DNA from: an uncultured delta proteobacterium
GTDB taxonomy: Bacteria; Desulfobacterota; Desulfobacteria; Desulfobacterales; UBA2156
NCBI GenBank assembly: GCA_963736855.1
Contig: CAVTQK010000017.1
Location: 128,001 to 192,000, forward strand
Reading direction: 5' to 3'
DNA: 64,000 bases
Below, piece by piece: positions 33,040 through 42,684 of the stretch. A program made the position numbers and the translations under genes. Within the stretch, counting starts at the first letter, position 1; each line of letters begins with the position of its first letter. The notes under the pieces were generated by a model, which did no database searches, was not told where the DNA came from, and worked only from the letters and a program-made list of their open reading frames with translations.

Positions 33040-34079
33040 TTGGATTCACCCATGGGCTTGGTAAGGTTCAAGAGGGGAAGAAAATTCTTTTGTTCCGGGT
33101 CCACGATGTATTTGGGACCCAGCCTGGGAAAAAGATCCTGGAGTGTTTCCAGGTAGAGCCGTCGCTTGGTGACATCCTTGGCGTTGATGTACTCTTTGTA
33201 AACGGATGCGAATCGGGAAGCATCTCCCTTGGCCCTGTTGACACGGTCCAGGGCATACCCTTCCCCCGCTTTAACGGTCCTTTCCGCTTCACCTTTGGCT
33301 GCCGGGATGGCCTTGTTGTAATCCTCCTTGGCCTGATAGATCATCTGTTCCTTTTCCTGAACCGCCTGGTTGACCTCGTTGAAGGATGGCTGGACCGGCA
33401 CCGGCACGTTGGTTCGTTTCATTTCGATGGTCACCACATGGATTCCGCTCTCCGCTTCATCCATCTCCTTTTGAAGAAGCTCCCTGGCTTCCACCGCGAT
33501 TTCGTCCCGCTTAGTAATGACCTCGTTGATGCTGCGATCTCCCACCACCAGGCGCATCGTGGCTTCGGACATATCCAACAGAAGCCGTTGTGCATTCTGA
33601 ACCTTGAAGAGAAATTTGTAGGGATCCTTGATGCGATACTGGACAATCCAGGGGACCACGGCCACGTTCAGATCTCCCGTAAGCATGAGGGAGATGCTGG
33701 CCGTTTCGCTTTCACTGCCGAACTGCGCTCTTTCCCCGGCCCGGGGAGGACCTTCTCCGAATTCTTCCTTGTAAATCCTGCGGATCTTGACTTTGGTGAG
33801 CTTTTCGATCCCAACGGGAAGCTTGAAGCTCAAACCCGGCTGGGTGGTTCTCACGTACTTGCCGAATCTCTGGATCACTCCCACCTCGTCCACACCGATG
33901 GTGAAAAAAGTGGATGACCCGATGGCCAAAAGCACGATCAAGAGGATGACGAGGGAACCTCCCGGAATCTTTCCGGGAAATTTAATCCCTTTTAACTTGT
34001 TTAAAATTTCATCCATCTGGGGCGGTTTGCCGCCCGTGCGCTGCTGCTGTTGCTTCAGTTTCTCCCAATCCCAATTCAT
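33036..34079 (-). CDS. hflK: FtsH modulator HflK
   Basis: MLTGDLN, VQYRI, TKRRLYLET; paired with hflC. Confidence 0.92.
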   Translation of the reverse strand: MNWDWEKLKQQQQRTGGKPPQMDEILNKLKGIKFPGKIPGGSLVILLIVLLAIGSSTFFTIGVDEVGVIQRFGKYVRTTQPGLSFKLPVGIEKLTKVKIRRIYKEEFGEGPPRAGERAQFGSESETASISLMLTGDLNVAVVPWIVQYRIKDPYKFLFKVQNAQRLLLDMSEATMRLVVGDRSINEVITKRDEIAVEARELLQKEMDEAESGIHVVTIEMKRTNVPVPVQPSFNEVNQAVQEKEQMIYQAKEDYNKAIPAAKGEAERTVKAGEGYALDRVNRAKGDASRFASVYKEYINAKDVTKRRLYLETLQDLFPRLGPKYIVDPEQKNFLPLLNLTKPMGESK

Positions 34080-34124
34080 GTTTCATCCATTCCTGTCGCA
34101 GGCCGTATCGCCCCGAATTAAAAT

Positions 34125-34234
34125 GATGGCTTCTGCTTTGCACATTTCGTCATTGCGGCGTACCCATGTGAACGTTCGATGCATCTGAAGCTTTTTACTT
34201 TGCCGTCCTAATTTTGAGTTTTTACGATTTCATC
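34125..34234 (-). mobile_element. Internally deleted copy of the MITE-like element at 41635-41787
   Basis: Reverse complement matches 41635-41787 in long blocks; GATG...CATC ends; AAAAT on both flanks. Confidence 0.7.
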
Positions 34235-34394
34235 AAAATAACAGACATCGATTTAGACAACATAACGCCGGAAGGGAAACGAGGCTCTTGACTCCGGATA
34301 TTTTTAGTATTGAAAAACAACCCTGATTTGATAAAGTTTATTGCAGACAGGCAGTTAAGTCAAGGGAAAAGGCCTCTTCATTATAAAGGAAAAA

Positions 34395-34730
34395 ATGCCT
34401 CCGGATCGTAAGAAAAGCATCATCACACCGGTTCCCTTGAATAAGGTGCTGAATCAGGTATTGGCCTCCTGCAGGCGAAAGCCCGATCTGGGTTTAACCC
34501 GGATTTGGGATCACTGGGACGTCGTGGTCGGGACAGTGACCGCAGAAAACGCACAGCCGGCCGCGTTTAAAGGAAGACTCCTCATCGTTCACGTGACGAG
34601 CTCCGTGTGGATTCAGCAACTTTGTTTCATGAAGGACGAGATCCTTAAAAAAATCAACGAGGCCCTCGGTGAGCCTTTGCTCGATGAGATCAAGTTCAAG
34701 ATCGGTCCGGTTCACAAGGGGCAATCATAA
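34395..34730 (+). CDS. DUF721/DciA-family protein
   Basis: W..VVG...AENAQPAAFKGRLLIVHVTSSVW pattern. Confidence 0.75.
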   Translation: MPPDRKKSIITPVPLNKVLNQVLASCRRKPDLGLTRIWDHWDVVVGTVTAENAQPAAFKGRLLIVHVTSSVWIQQLCFMKDEILKKINEALGEPLLDEIKFKIGPVHKGQS

Positions 34731-34767
34731 ACAAAAGGCACCCAAAAACTCACTCGTCGTTTCCTGA

Positions 34768-35505
34768 ATGGATGCGGTAAAAATGAGCGGGCTGACTTTC
34801 GACGCCTTTTTCAACGGCAGGATCCAAGTCGCCCAGGATCGGTCAGGGTACCGATTTTCCATCGATGCCGTCCTGTTGGCCCACCATGCCGCTCCCGGGA
34901 ACAATGACCGCATTCTCGACCTGGGAACCGGCTGCGGTATCATTCCCCTAATCCTGGTCTTCAAGCATCCGGGCCTACGGGCATTCGGCGTAGAGATCCA
35001 GGAATCCCTGGCAAAGATCGCCCGGGACAACGTGAAGAAAAACGACATGGAAGGACGGATACAAATCTTTTTCATGGACATGCGGCTTCTGAATACAGGG
35101 ATCACCGGGGGAGCGGTGGATTTGGTTGTGACCAACCCCCCTTATCGAAAGACACGGACAGGGCGTGTCAACCTTGACAACCAGCGGGCGATAGCCCGCC
35201 ATGAGATTGCCGTTACATTGCAGGAGGTGGTGGATACCGGGCAGCGAATGCTCAAGCCCAAGGGGCGGTTTGTCACCGTGGTTCCGGCCGAGCGGGTCAC
35301 GGATATCCTTTTTCTTATGGGTACCCGCGGCCTGGAACCCAAACGTTTGCGGATGGTCCACTCCCGAATCGATACGGAGGCCAAGCTGGCGATGGTGGAA
35401 GGGGTCAAGGGGGCTCGCAAGGGCGTCAAGGTGGAATCCCCCTTGATCCTTTATCATTCGGATGGCACGTATACCGAAGCGGTTTCAAAGATATTTGACG
35501 CCTGA
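34768..35505 (+). CDS. tRNA1(Val) adenine-37 N6-methyltransferase-like SAM methylase
   Basis: GYRFSIDAVLL, LDLGTGCG, TNPPY, ARHE. Confidence 0.85.
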   Translation: MDAVKMSGLTFDAFFNGRIQVAQDRSGYRFSIDAVLLAHHAAPGNNDRILDLGTGCGIIPLILVFKHPGLRAFGVEIQESLAKIARDNVKKNDMEGRIQIFFMDMRLLNTGITGGAVDLVVTNPPYRKTRTGRVNLDNQRAIARHEIAVTLQEVVDTGQRMLKPKGRFVTVVPAERVTDILFLMGTRGLEPKRLRMVHSRIDTEAKLAMVEGVKGARKGVKVESPLILYHSDGTYTEAVSKIFDA

Positions 35506-35513
35506 TGCTGCTG

Positions 35514-35643
35514 TTTACCCTGCTGTTGCAAAAGCCGAGGATGTCCCAGATCCGAGGCGTCCAAGGGTGAAGCCGTAGTATTTTACTGCGAGCCCTTGGC
35601 AACGAAGGAGATGGGGCATTTTCGACTTTCCCTCCGGGTAAAA
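35514..35643. repeat. Palindromic REP/MITE-like element
   Basis: Nested inverted repeats (TTTACCC/GGGTAAA, CCAAGGG/CCCTTGG); shares the AGAT..AGGCG...GCAACG.AG.AGATGG core with 41635-41787. Confidence 0.55.
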
Positions 35644-35775
35644 AAACATGACAAATTTTTTCTTTGTTTTAGGAGTCACTAAAAGTCTATTCGCAAACCA
35701 TGGTTATACGTATTCAAATGCTCTATTATCATTCTTTATTCTATACCTTGTCATGTTTTTATGCAACTGCAGGGT

Positions 35776-37116
35776 TTACATGCTTTCCGGAACCAGGCGG
35801 TTCATTACCAGACCGCTTCCCACCTTCGGATAAAAATAAGTGGCTTTCCTGGGCATGATAAGCCCATGGTCCGCAACGGTTTTCATTTGATGGATCTGGG
35901 TCGGATTCAGGATAAAGGCGATGTCATAGTCGCCGTCGGTGATCGCCTCCACGGCCCCGGCTTCAGTCCGCTCGTATCCGATGAGTTTTTCGTTGTCCAG
36001 CCGGGCTTCGTCGAATCCCAGTATTTCCATGAAGATAAGCCGGGTGAGAACCGTGACGTCGATGAGTCGAACCGCCTCATCGATTTCATCCCTGAATATC
36101 TGGTCTATTACCCGCGGTTTCAAAACCAGCAGGTAAAACTCGGGGTGATCCTTCATGAAGATGCCGATCACGTTTTTGGGGGCGTTGGACTTGAGCAGGG
36201 AAATGAACTCCACGAAGACCTTGTCACGATCCTTCCCCTTGAAAGGCATGGTCGTTACGTCGAAGTATTTACGGACTTTCGGGATAAGGCTCGCCCAGGA
36301 ATCGCCCGGGAGTTTCCTTAACAGCCTGTGGGCCGGTAGAATGATCAATCCCGGATCTTCCATGGCGCTTAAATACATCATCACATAGTTGGCGGGATGG
36401 TCTTCCGGAAAGTCCGGATGCTGGGAGCGCATCCATTCCTGATAGTTCAAGGCTGTGGTATATCGATGGTGCCCGTCTGCGATGTAGATGTTTTTATTCT
36501 CCAGAGTTCCCAAGACGGCCTGCTGGACCGATGCATCGTTAATGCGCCACATTCGATGCCGCTGGCTGTCGTAATCGACAAAATCAATGTCCGCTGTCTT
36601 GTCAAAGACGGCCGCTTTCAGCCGAATGATGATGTCGTTTTTCGGGTCCGAATACAGGGAAAAAATAGGAGCGAAGTTGGCGCGGCATGCCTTCATGAGT
36701 GCAAGCCTCTGGGCGCGGATCATCGAAAATGTTTTTTCGTGAGGCAAAACGATCCGTTTTTCAAAAGGCTCCAGGCGGACCTGGGCGATGAATCCGAACC
36801 GTGTGACCGGCCTGTGGTCATGAAAAAAACTGCGGGCCGTGAAATACAGCGTCGGCGAGTTGTCCTGGACAATAATCCCCGCCTCGAGCCAGTTTTCGAA
36901 ATACTGAGCCGCCCGGGGGATCCAATCGGTCCCGTTGGGTCCAGAGGAATTGGTTTTTCCCAGGGTCAGGCGGATGCTGTTGTAGGGGTGGCGATCCTGC
37001 AGTTCCTGCCGCTCGGGTTCTGAGATGACGTCAAAAGGCGGGGCCATGACATCGGCGATGTCGTTTACCTTTGCCGGGTTGTAAAGGATCCCCCTGAAGG
37101 GGAGGACGGTAGCCAT
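35776..37116 (-). CDS. DUF1015-family protein
   Basis: PFRGILY, APPFDVI, LPHEKT, IADGHHRY, KATYFYPK. Confidence 0.88.
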   Translation of the reverse strand: MATVLPFRGILYNPAKVNDIADVMAPPFDVISEPERQELQDRHPYNSIRLTLGKTNSSGPNGTDWIPRAAQYFENWLEAGIIVQDNSPTLYFTARSFFHDHRPVTRFGFIAQVRLEPFEKRIVLPHEKTFSMIRAQRLALMKACRANFAPIFSLYSDPKNDIIIRLKAAVFDKTADIDFVDYDSQRHRMWRINDASVQQAVLGTLENKNIYIADGHHRYTTALNYQEWMRSQHPDFPEDHPANYVMMYLSAMEDPGLIILPAHRLLRKLPGDSWASLIPKVRKYFDVTTMPFKGKDRDKVFVEFISLLKSNAPKNVIGIFMKDHPEFYLLVLKPRVIDQIFRDEIDEAVRLIDVTVLTRLIFMEILGFDEARLDNEKLIGYERTEAGAVEAITDGDYDIAFILNPTQIHQMKTVADHGLIMPRKATYFYPKVGSGLVMNRLVPESM

Positions 37117-37256
37117 GAGCTTCACTCCTTGATGACTTTTTATGAGTTTATCAGTTAAAGGAAAAACTCTTTTAGAAAAAAAACGAGACCGGTTCAAGGA
37201 AAATCCTATAAAAAAGTTTTTTTGAAATGAATCCGGTTCAGAATGCAGAAAGAGGA

Positions 37257-37284
37257 TTGACATCCAAGGGGCAGCAAGTATAAT
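37257..37284 (+). promoter_or_regulatory. Consensus sigma70 promoter of tRNA-Ser
   Basis: TTGACA-N16-TATAAT about 35 nt upstream of the tRNA. Confidence 0.8.
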
Positions 37285-37319
37285 CCGCACTTAATTGCCC
37301 CGGATAGGGAAGGGGTTCC

Positions 37320-37412
37320 GGAGAGGTTGCCGAGTGGCTGAAGGCCCCGCTCTCGAAAAGCGGTATCCTGCCAAAAGCGGGATCGTGGGTTCGAATCCCA
37401 CCCTCTCCGCCA
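37320..37412 (+). tRNA. tRNA-Ser(CGA)
   Basis: GGAGAGG acceptor stem, CCGCT-CTCGAAA-AGCGG anticodon arm, long variable arm, GGTTCGAATCC, encoded CCA. Confidence 0.96.
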
Positions 37413-37673
37413 CGATGATTTGGCAGCCTTTTCAGTTGTATCGCTTTCCCCCCAATCCCTTGTAATCGACTCCTTTTCCATCTCCCTGCTCGCTGATTCT
37501 GATGGTGATAAGGCATGGGACATCCGATTTAAGTTCCGTTGTATCATACCGGTTTACTTAATCATGGCGCTATGATAAGATGTTCATAACCGGCAAATTA
37601 AAAGTCGGCGAATCGGCTGCCCAATGTTGAATTCCCATTGCCGATCCTGCGGTGCACCCAGAAAATCCTGAAT

Positions 37674-39116
37674 ATGGATCCATTAAAAAACCATCGGGAT
37701 TCATCCATACAAATACGCATTCAAGAGTCGCTTGACTCCGTGATTGATCTTCAGTCCTTGATCGATGAGATCCCGATGGGTATCGTCTTACTCGACAGGG
37801 ATCGCCGGATTGTATTGCTAAACCGGTCCCTCCAGGCGCTCACCGGCTTTTCCCATAAAGAAGCCGTCGGTGTTCCTTGTTATCAGATCATCCGTAACCG
37901 GATCTGTCTTAAGTCTTGCCCGACACTGGGGATGCATACTGATTCCAAATCCGAGTCTTGCGAGACCGACCTAATCAACCGGGATCGGATGCGGGTCCCG
38001 GTGCATATCCATCTGGCTCCTTTAAAAGATAGACTTGGAAACCTGATGGGCTTTCTGGAAACCATAGAAGATTTGCGGCCGATTCGGGAATTGGATGCTA
38101 AAAACAGCCAGGCGTATGTCTTTGCGCATCTTGTGGGCAGAAGTCCTCAAATGGAAAAAATATTTCAGATCCTGCCGGTAATCGCCCAGAATGACTCATC
38201 GGTTCTCATCACCGGGGAAACAGGTACCGGCAAGGATCGAGTGGCCGAGGCCATCCATCATTCTTCGGGTCGGTCCAAGGGGCCCTTTGTGAAAGTAAAT
38301 TGTGGGGCGCTTCCCGAGACCCTGCTCGAGTCGGAACTCTTTGGACATCAGAAAGGCGCTTTCACCGGTGCAGTGGAAAATAAACCCGGACGTTTCCGCC
38401 TGGCCCACAACGGAACCCTCTATCTTACGGAAATCGGGGATCTTCCCCTTGCACTTCAAGTGAAGCTGCTCACTTTTTTAGATGATCAGGTTGTCTATCC
38501 TCTCGGCAGTACCAGGGGTTTCCAGGCCAATGTCAGGGTCATTGCCGCCACTCATCGCAATCTCGAGCAAATGGTTCGAGAGGACCGCTTCAGGGCAGAC
38601 CTCCTGTTTCGGCTCAATGTGGTGCGCATTCAAATCCCCCCATTGAGGAACCGCGGCGACGATATTCGTATGCTTCTGGACCATTTTCTTAACGAGCTCA
38701 ATTCAAGGTTCGGAAAAAAAATCACGGGCTTCTCGAAAAAAGCGCTCGAGATCCTAAAAGATTACCCATATCCCGGAAATGTGAGGGAACTTCAGAATAT
38801 CATCGAATATGCGGTGAATATCTGTCAGGAGCGGCAGGTTTTACCACAGCATCTTCCATCCTATATGACCGAGTCTCCTGCCTGGACCCTTGAAACCATT
38901 CCGAATACGGAACGCGCATCATCCAGGAAAGCCTCCAACTTTGAACCCCTTGATCCCGATGACAATGAACAGACATGGGCGGCTGCGGAACGGAGAATGA
39001 TCATGGATGCCCTGGTCAAGGCCGGCGGCCGTCGGAGCAGGGCATCCGAATTTATGGGATGGGGGAGAAGTACTCTGTGGAGGAAAATGAAACAATATGG
39101 AATATCCACGAAATAA
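37674..39116 (+). CDS. PAS-domain sigma54-dependent activator (OrpR-like)
   Basis: PAS with C-X8-C-X3-C; GETGTGKD, GAFTGA, PGNVREL, Fis-type HTH. Confidence 0.9.
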   Translation: MDPLKNHRDSSIQIRIQESLDSVIDLQSLIDEIPMGIVLLDRDRRIVLLNRSLQALTGFSHKEAVGVPCYQIIRNRICLKSCPTLGMHTDSKSESCETDLINRDRMRVPVHIHLAPLKDRLGNLMGFLETIEDLRPIRELDAKNSQAYVFAHLVGRSPQMEKIFQILPVIAQNDSSVLITGETGTGKDRVAEAIHHSSGRSKGPFVKVNCGALPETLLESELFGHQKGAFTGAVENKPGRFRLAHNGTLYLTEIGDLPLALQVKLLTFLDDQVVYPLGSTRGFQANVRVIAATHRNLEQMVREDRFRADLLFRLNVVRIQIPPLRNRGDDIRMLLDHFLNELNSRFGKKITGFSKKALEILKDYPYPGNVRELQNIIEYAVNICQERQVLPQHLPSYMTESPAWTLETIPNTERASSRKASNFEPLDPDDNEQTWAAAERRMIMDALVKAGGRRSRASEFMGWGRSTLWRKMKQYGISTK

Positions 39117-39180
39117 TTCTGGACAATAACGAAACGATCTGTCACATTATGCGACTTGAGTTTTTTGATCCGAGCAACTC

Positions 39181-39525
39181 ATGGCCCAAAAAGTTTTGAT
39201 CCCATTGAACGGCAACGATGTGGCTCCTAGATTCGACCTGGCCACCGAGGTGTTGATTGCGGTGGGCGGCGGGGTGGGGGCTAAAACCAAAGAAAAGATC
39301 GTGGTGCTTTCAGAATCTTCATCCGAAAAGCTCTGTCAGCTCATTCTTGCCGAAGGCATCGATACGGTGATCTGCAACGGAATTGAAGAGGAACATTACC
39401 AGTATCTTACCTGGAAAAGGGTTCAGGTTTTCGATTCTGTGATGGGCTCGTGGAAATCGGTCCTTAAGCGATTTTACGAGGGCACCCTCAAACCCGGAGA
39501 GATCTTGTATAGGGATGCGGATTAA
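39181..39525 (+). CDS. NifB/NifX (FeMo-cofactor-binding/ORP) family protein
   Basis: VAPRFDLA...GIDTVICNGI pattern, 114 aa. Confidence 0.75.
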   Translation: MAQKVLIPLNGNDVAPRFDLATEVLIAVGGGVGAKTKEKIVVLSESSSEKLCQLILAEGIDTVICNGIEEEHYQYLTWKRVQVFDSVMGSWKSVLKRFYEGTLKPGEILYRDAD

Positions 39526-41256
39526 ATGATGGCCGGATCCAAATGGTTGCGATATTTCAAGCTGAATTTTTTCGACACGGAAGGTGCAAAGGATTCCGAG
39601 AACCGCTATCGGCTGTTGCACCGAAACATGGTCCTTTTCATGATACTGGTCACCATCATCCCGCTCACGTTGATGGCGCTCGTCAACTACCACCAGTATC
39701 GGACCAGCCTGAAGGCGGAAATTATCAATCCGATACGCGTCCTTTCCAGCAAGACCAAGCACTCTTTCGAGCTTTTCTTGGAAGAAAAGCTTTCCACCGT
39801 CCGCTTCATTACTTCGGCATATTCCAATGAAGAGTTGGCTAATGAAGATAAATTGAAAAAAATATTTCGTGTTGTTAAAAAAGAATTTCCCGGAATCGTG
39901 GATCTAGGTCTCATCGACTCCAAAGGGATTCAGATCAGCTACGCGGGGCCCTATCAACTTCTGGGAAAAAATTATTCAGACCAAAGCTGGTACCATGAGG
40001 TTATCGTCAGGGGGATGTACGTCAGCGATGTTTTTATGGGATACCGTAAATTTCCGCACATCGCCGTCGCGATCTATGTCGGCAATGATACCAGCGATAC
40101 TTGCATTCTTCGCGCAACCATCGACACTCATTTGTTCGACGATCTGATCGCGGCCATGGAATTGGATGCGGAAAGCGATGCGTTCCTGATCAACGATAAA
40201 GGCGTCTTTCAGACCAATTCCAAGTTTTACGGCAAGGTGCTGGATAATTGCCCGTTTTCACCGCCTCTCGGCAACTATGGGAACTATATCGCGGAGGAAA
40301 AAGATCCCAACGGACGCGAAGTTATTTCCGTCTATACCCACTTTGACAAGATGGGCTACAGCCTGGTGCTGATCAAACCACGGTCGGTGATCCTCAAGAC
40401 CTGGTTCACCCTCAAAAGCGAGATGTTTTTTATTTTCATCGTCAGTGCGGTTCTCATCGTCCTCGCGATATTTAAAATGACGAGTTTCCTGATCAACAAG
40501 ACGCGGTAGGCTGATGAGCGTCGTGAACTCGCGTTTCGAGAACTCGAACATTCCCAAAAGCTATCTTCCATCGGCAGACTGGCAGCCGGCGTGGCCCATG
40601 AAATCAACAACCCTCTGGCGATTATCAATGAAAAAGCCGGGTTGATGAAGGATCTGATCGAGCTTACTCCGGAGTTCGAAAATCGGGACAAATATCTTGG
40701 ACTGACGAATTCCATTCAAAAATCGGTGGAACGTTGCAAAACGATCACGCATCGCCTTCTGGGATTCGCGCGGCGCATGGAAGTGCAGTTTGAAATTCTG
40801 AACGTCAATGACGTTGTCAAAGAAGTACAGGGTTTTCTTGAAAAAGAATACGTTTATCGCGGCATCGATATTCGCATGGAGCTGGATGAAAATCTGCCAC
40901 AGATTTCATCGGACCTGGGACAGCTTCAGCAGGTTTTTTTAAACATTTTAAGCAATGCGATTGCCGCTGTTGCGGATAACGGCAATATTATCATCAGGAC
41001 TTGGGATCAGGATCCGGAAACGATCGGGGTTTCCATCCAAGACAACGGAACCGGGATGTCAGAAAAAACGATCAAACATATCTTTGAACCATTTTTTACG
41101 ACCAAAAAAGGCTACGGAACCGGACTGGGCTTGGCCATTACATACGGCATTATCCAGAAACTGGGCGGGAAGATCAAGGTGGAAAGCAAATTGGGGGAAG
41201 GCACTATTTTCTATGTTTACCTTCCTAAAAAAGCACCGTCAAAAAACAGTGAGTGA
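39526..41256 (+). pseudogene. Membrane sensor histidine kinase (Cache-like sensor, HisKA, HATPase) interrupted by an in-frame TAG at 40507-40509
   Basis: Frame continues after TAG as ADERRELAFRELEHSQKLSSIGRLAAGVAHEINNPL; QVFLN, DNGTG, GTGLGL intact. Confidence 0.85.
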
Positions 41257-41258
41257 CC

Positions 41259-41630
41259 ATGAAGAAGCCCAATATATTGCTTGTAGACGATGAGGTGGAT
41301 TTTATTCAAACGCTGGCGGAAAGATTGCAACTGAGAGGATTTGATATTCATATTGCCCATGACGGCGATAGCGCCATGGGCCAAATGGAAGAAAGTCCTC
41401 CCGACATCGTGGTACTGGATGTGATGATGCCGGGATTGGGAGGTCTGGAAGTTCTCAAGCAAATTAAATCACAGCTCCCGAAAATTCAGGTTATACTGCT
41501 GACCGGCCGAGGGTCCACAGCCGAAGGGATCGAAGGAATGCGCCTGGGTGCTTTTGACTACCTCATGAAACCCATCGATATTGATGAATTGATCAAGAAA
41601 ATAAACGAAAGCATCCGAAGTCCCTCGTAA
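41259..41630 (+). CDS. Stand-alone response regulator receiver
   Basis: LVDDE, VLDVMMP, LTG, KP. Confidence 0.92.
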   Translation: MKKPNILLVDDEVDFIQTLAERLQLRGFDIHIAHDGDSAMGQMEESPPDIVVLDVMMPGLGGLEVLKQIKSQLPKIQVILLTGRGSTAEGIEGMRLGAFDYLMKPIDIDELIKKINESIRSPS

Positions 41631-41634
41631 GGTT

Positions 41635-41787
41635 GATGAAATCGTAAAAACTCAAAATTAGGGTGGCAAAGTAAAAAGCTTCAGATGCAAGGCGCGCAAA
41701 TCCTGAGGAATGAGGCGTACATATGGGTACGCCGCAATGACGAAGGATGCAGTGCAACGCAGCAGATGGACTTTTTACGAAGCCATC
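41635..41787 (+). mobile_element. MITE-like element with terminal inverted repeats and a 6-bp target-site duplication
   Basis: GATGAAATCGTAAAAA...TTTTTACGAAGCCATC; AAGGTT at 41629-41634 and 41788-41793. Confidence 0.8.
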
Positions 41788-41862
41788 AAGGTTGAAGAAC
41801 TCCTGTAGAGCCAATATCGGGATGGCGAAACGGGCAGAAAGCCTGCCCATCGGGAGGTGCAA

Positions 41863-42543
41863 ATGGCGGAATGCGGATCCAAAGAACTCGAGTTTTTCGG
41901 AAAGATCACAGCCTCAGCCACCCATGAAATGAAGAATGTTTTGGCCATCATCAAAGAAACGTCCGGTCTCATGGAAGATCTGATAGCGTTATCTTCTGAA
42001 ATGCCGATTCAACTTCGGGAAAAATGTCAAAGAACGCTATCTGTCATCAAAAACCAAATCAAACGGGGAGCGGATGTCTCCGATCGCCTCAATCGGTTTG
42101 CACACAGCGCCGATTTTCCGACAGGTTCCATCGAACTCCATGCTTCTGCTTTACAAATCATGAACCTGGCCAAACGATTTGCTACGCTCAAAAACGTTGC
42201 TTTGGAAATCGATCCTCCGGAAGCGACGATGACCGTAACGACTCATCCTGTTTTGTTGTTGAGGACGCTTTTCGGCATCATTGAATGTTGCCTGAATATA
42301 CTCCCTCAGGGTTCACAGATTCTTATTGGGGTCAAAAAAGCGGGTGACGGATTTGCCGTCTCCTTTGTCTGTAAGGGAAATGACTCCATCCCTGTCGATC
42401 TATCCCAGACCTTTTCAACGGCCAACCCATGGTCTGATCTCAAGCAAATGGCGGCAAATCTGGGTGGAACCCTTGAATGGGATGCGTGCCGGTCCCTGCA
42501 TCCGGCTCTATTTGCAGGGATCTGCTGTGTAAATTTTTCGTAG
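41863..42543 (+). CDS. HisKA protein with degenerate ATPase domain (putative phosphotransfer protein)
   Basis: H-box SATHEMKNVLAII; no recognisable N or G boxes; GGGAGG RBS; C-terminus possibly frameshifted near 42485. Confidence 0.7.
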   Translation: MAECGSKELEFFGKITASATHEMKNVLAIIKETSGLMEDLIALSSEMPIQLREKCQRTLSVIKNQIKRGADVSDRLNRFAHSADFPTGSIELHASALQIMNLAKRFATLKNVALEIDPPEATMTVTTHPVLLLRTLFGIIECCLNILPQGSQILIGVKKAGDGFAVSFVCKGNDSIPVDLSQTFSTANPWSDLKQMAANLGGTLEWDACRSLHPALFAGICCVNFS

Positions 42544-42668
42544 TTCCTCTTGTTTGTATCATAATGTATTATATTGAGTCATTCAATATATTTCATTATG
42601 TCTTATTTCCCTGCATTATAAACCCAATCTTTTTTATATCTATATGATATAATTGAGAATAGTAAGTT

Positions 42669-42684
42669 TGGCATTCGTTTTGCT
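42669..42684 (+). promoter_or_regulatory. Sigma54 (-24/-12) promoter
   Basis: TGGCATTCGTTTTGCT, GG-N10-GC, preceded by an AT-rich tract and palindrome. Confidence 0.75.

Noticed and set aside
40507..40509. Genome-wide TAG reassignment
   Set aside because: TAG ends groEL, hflC, dnaX, ybaB and glgP at their expected C-termini.
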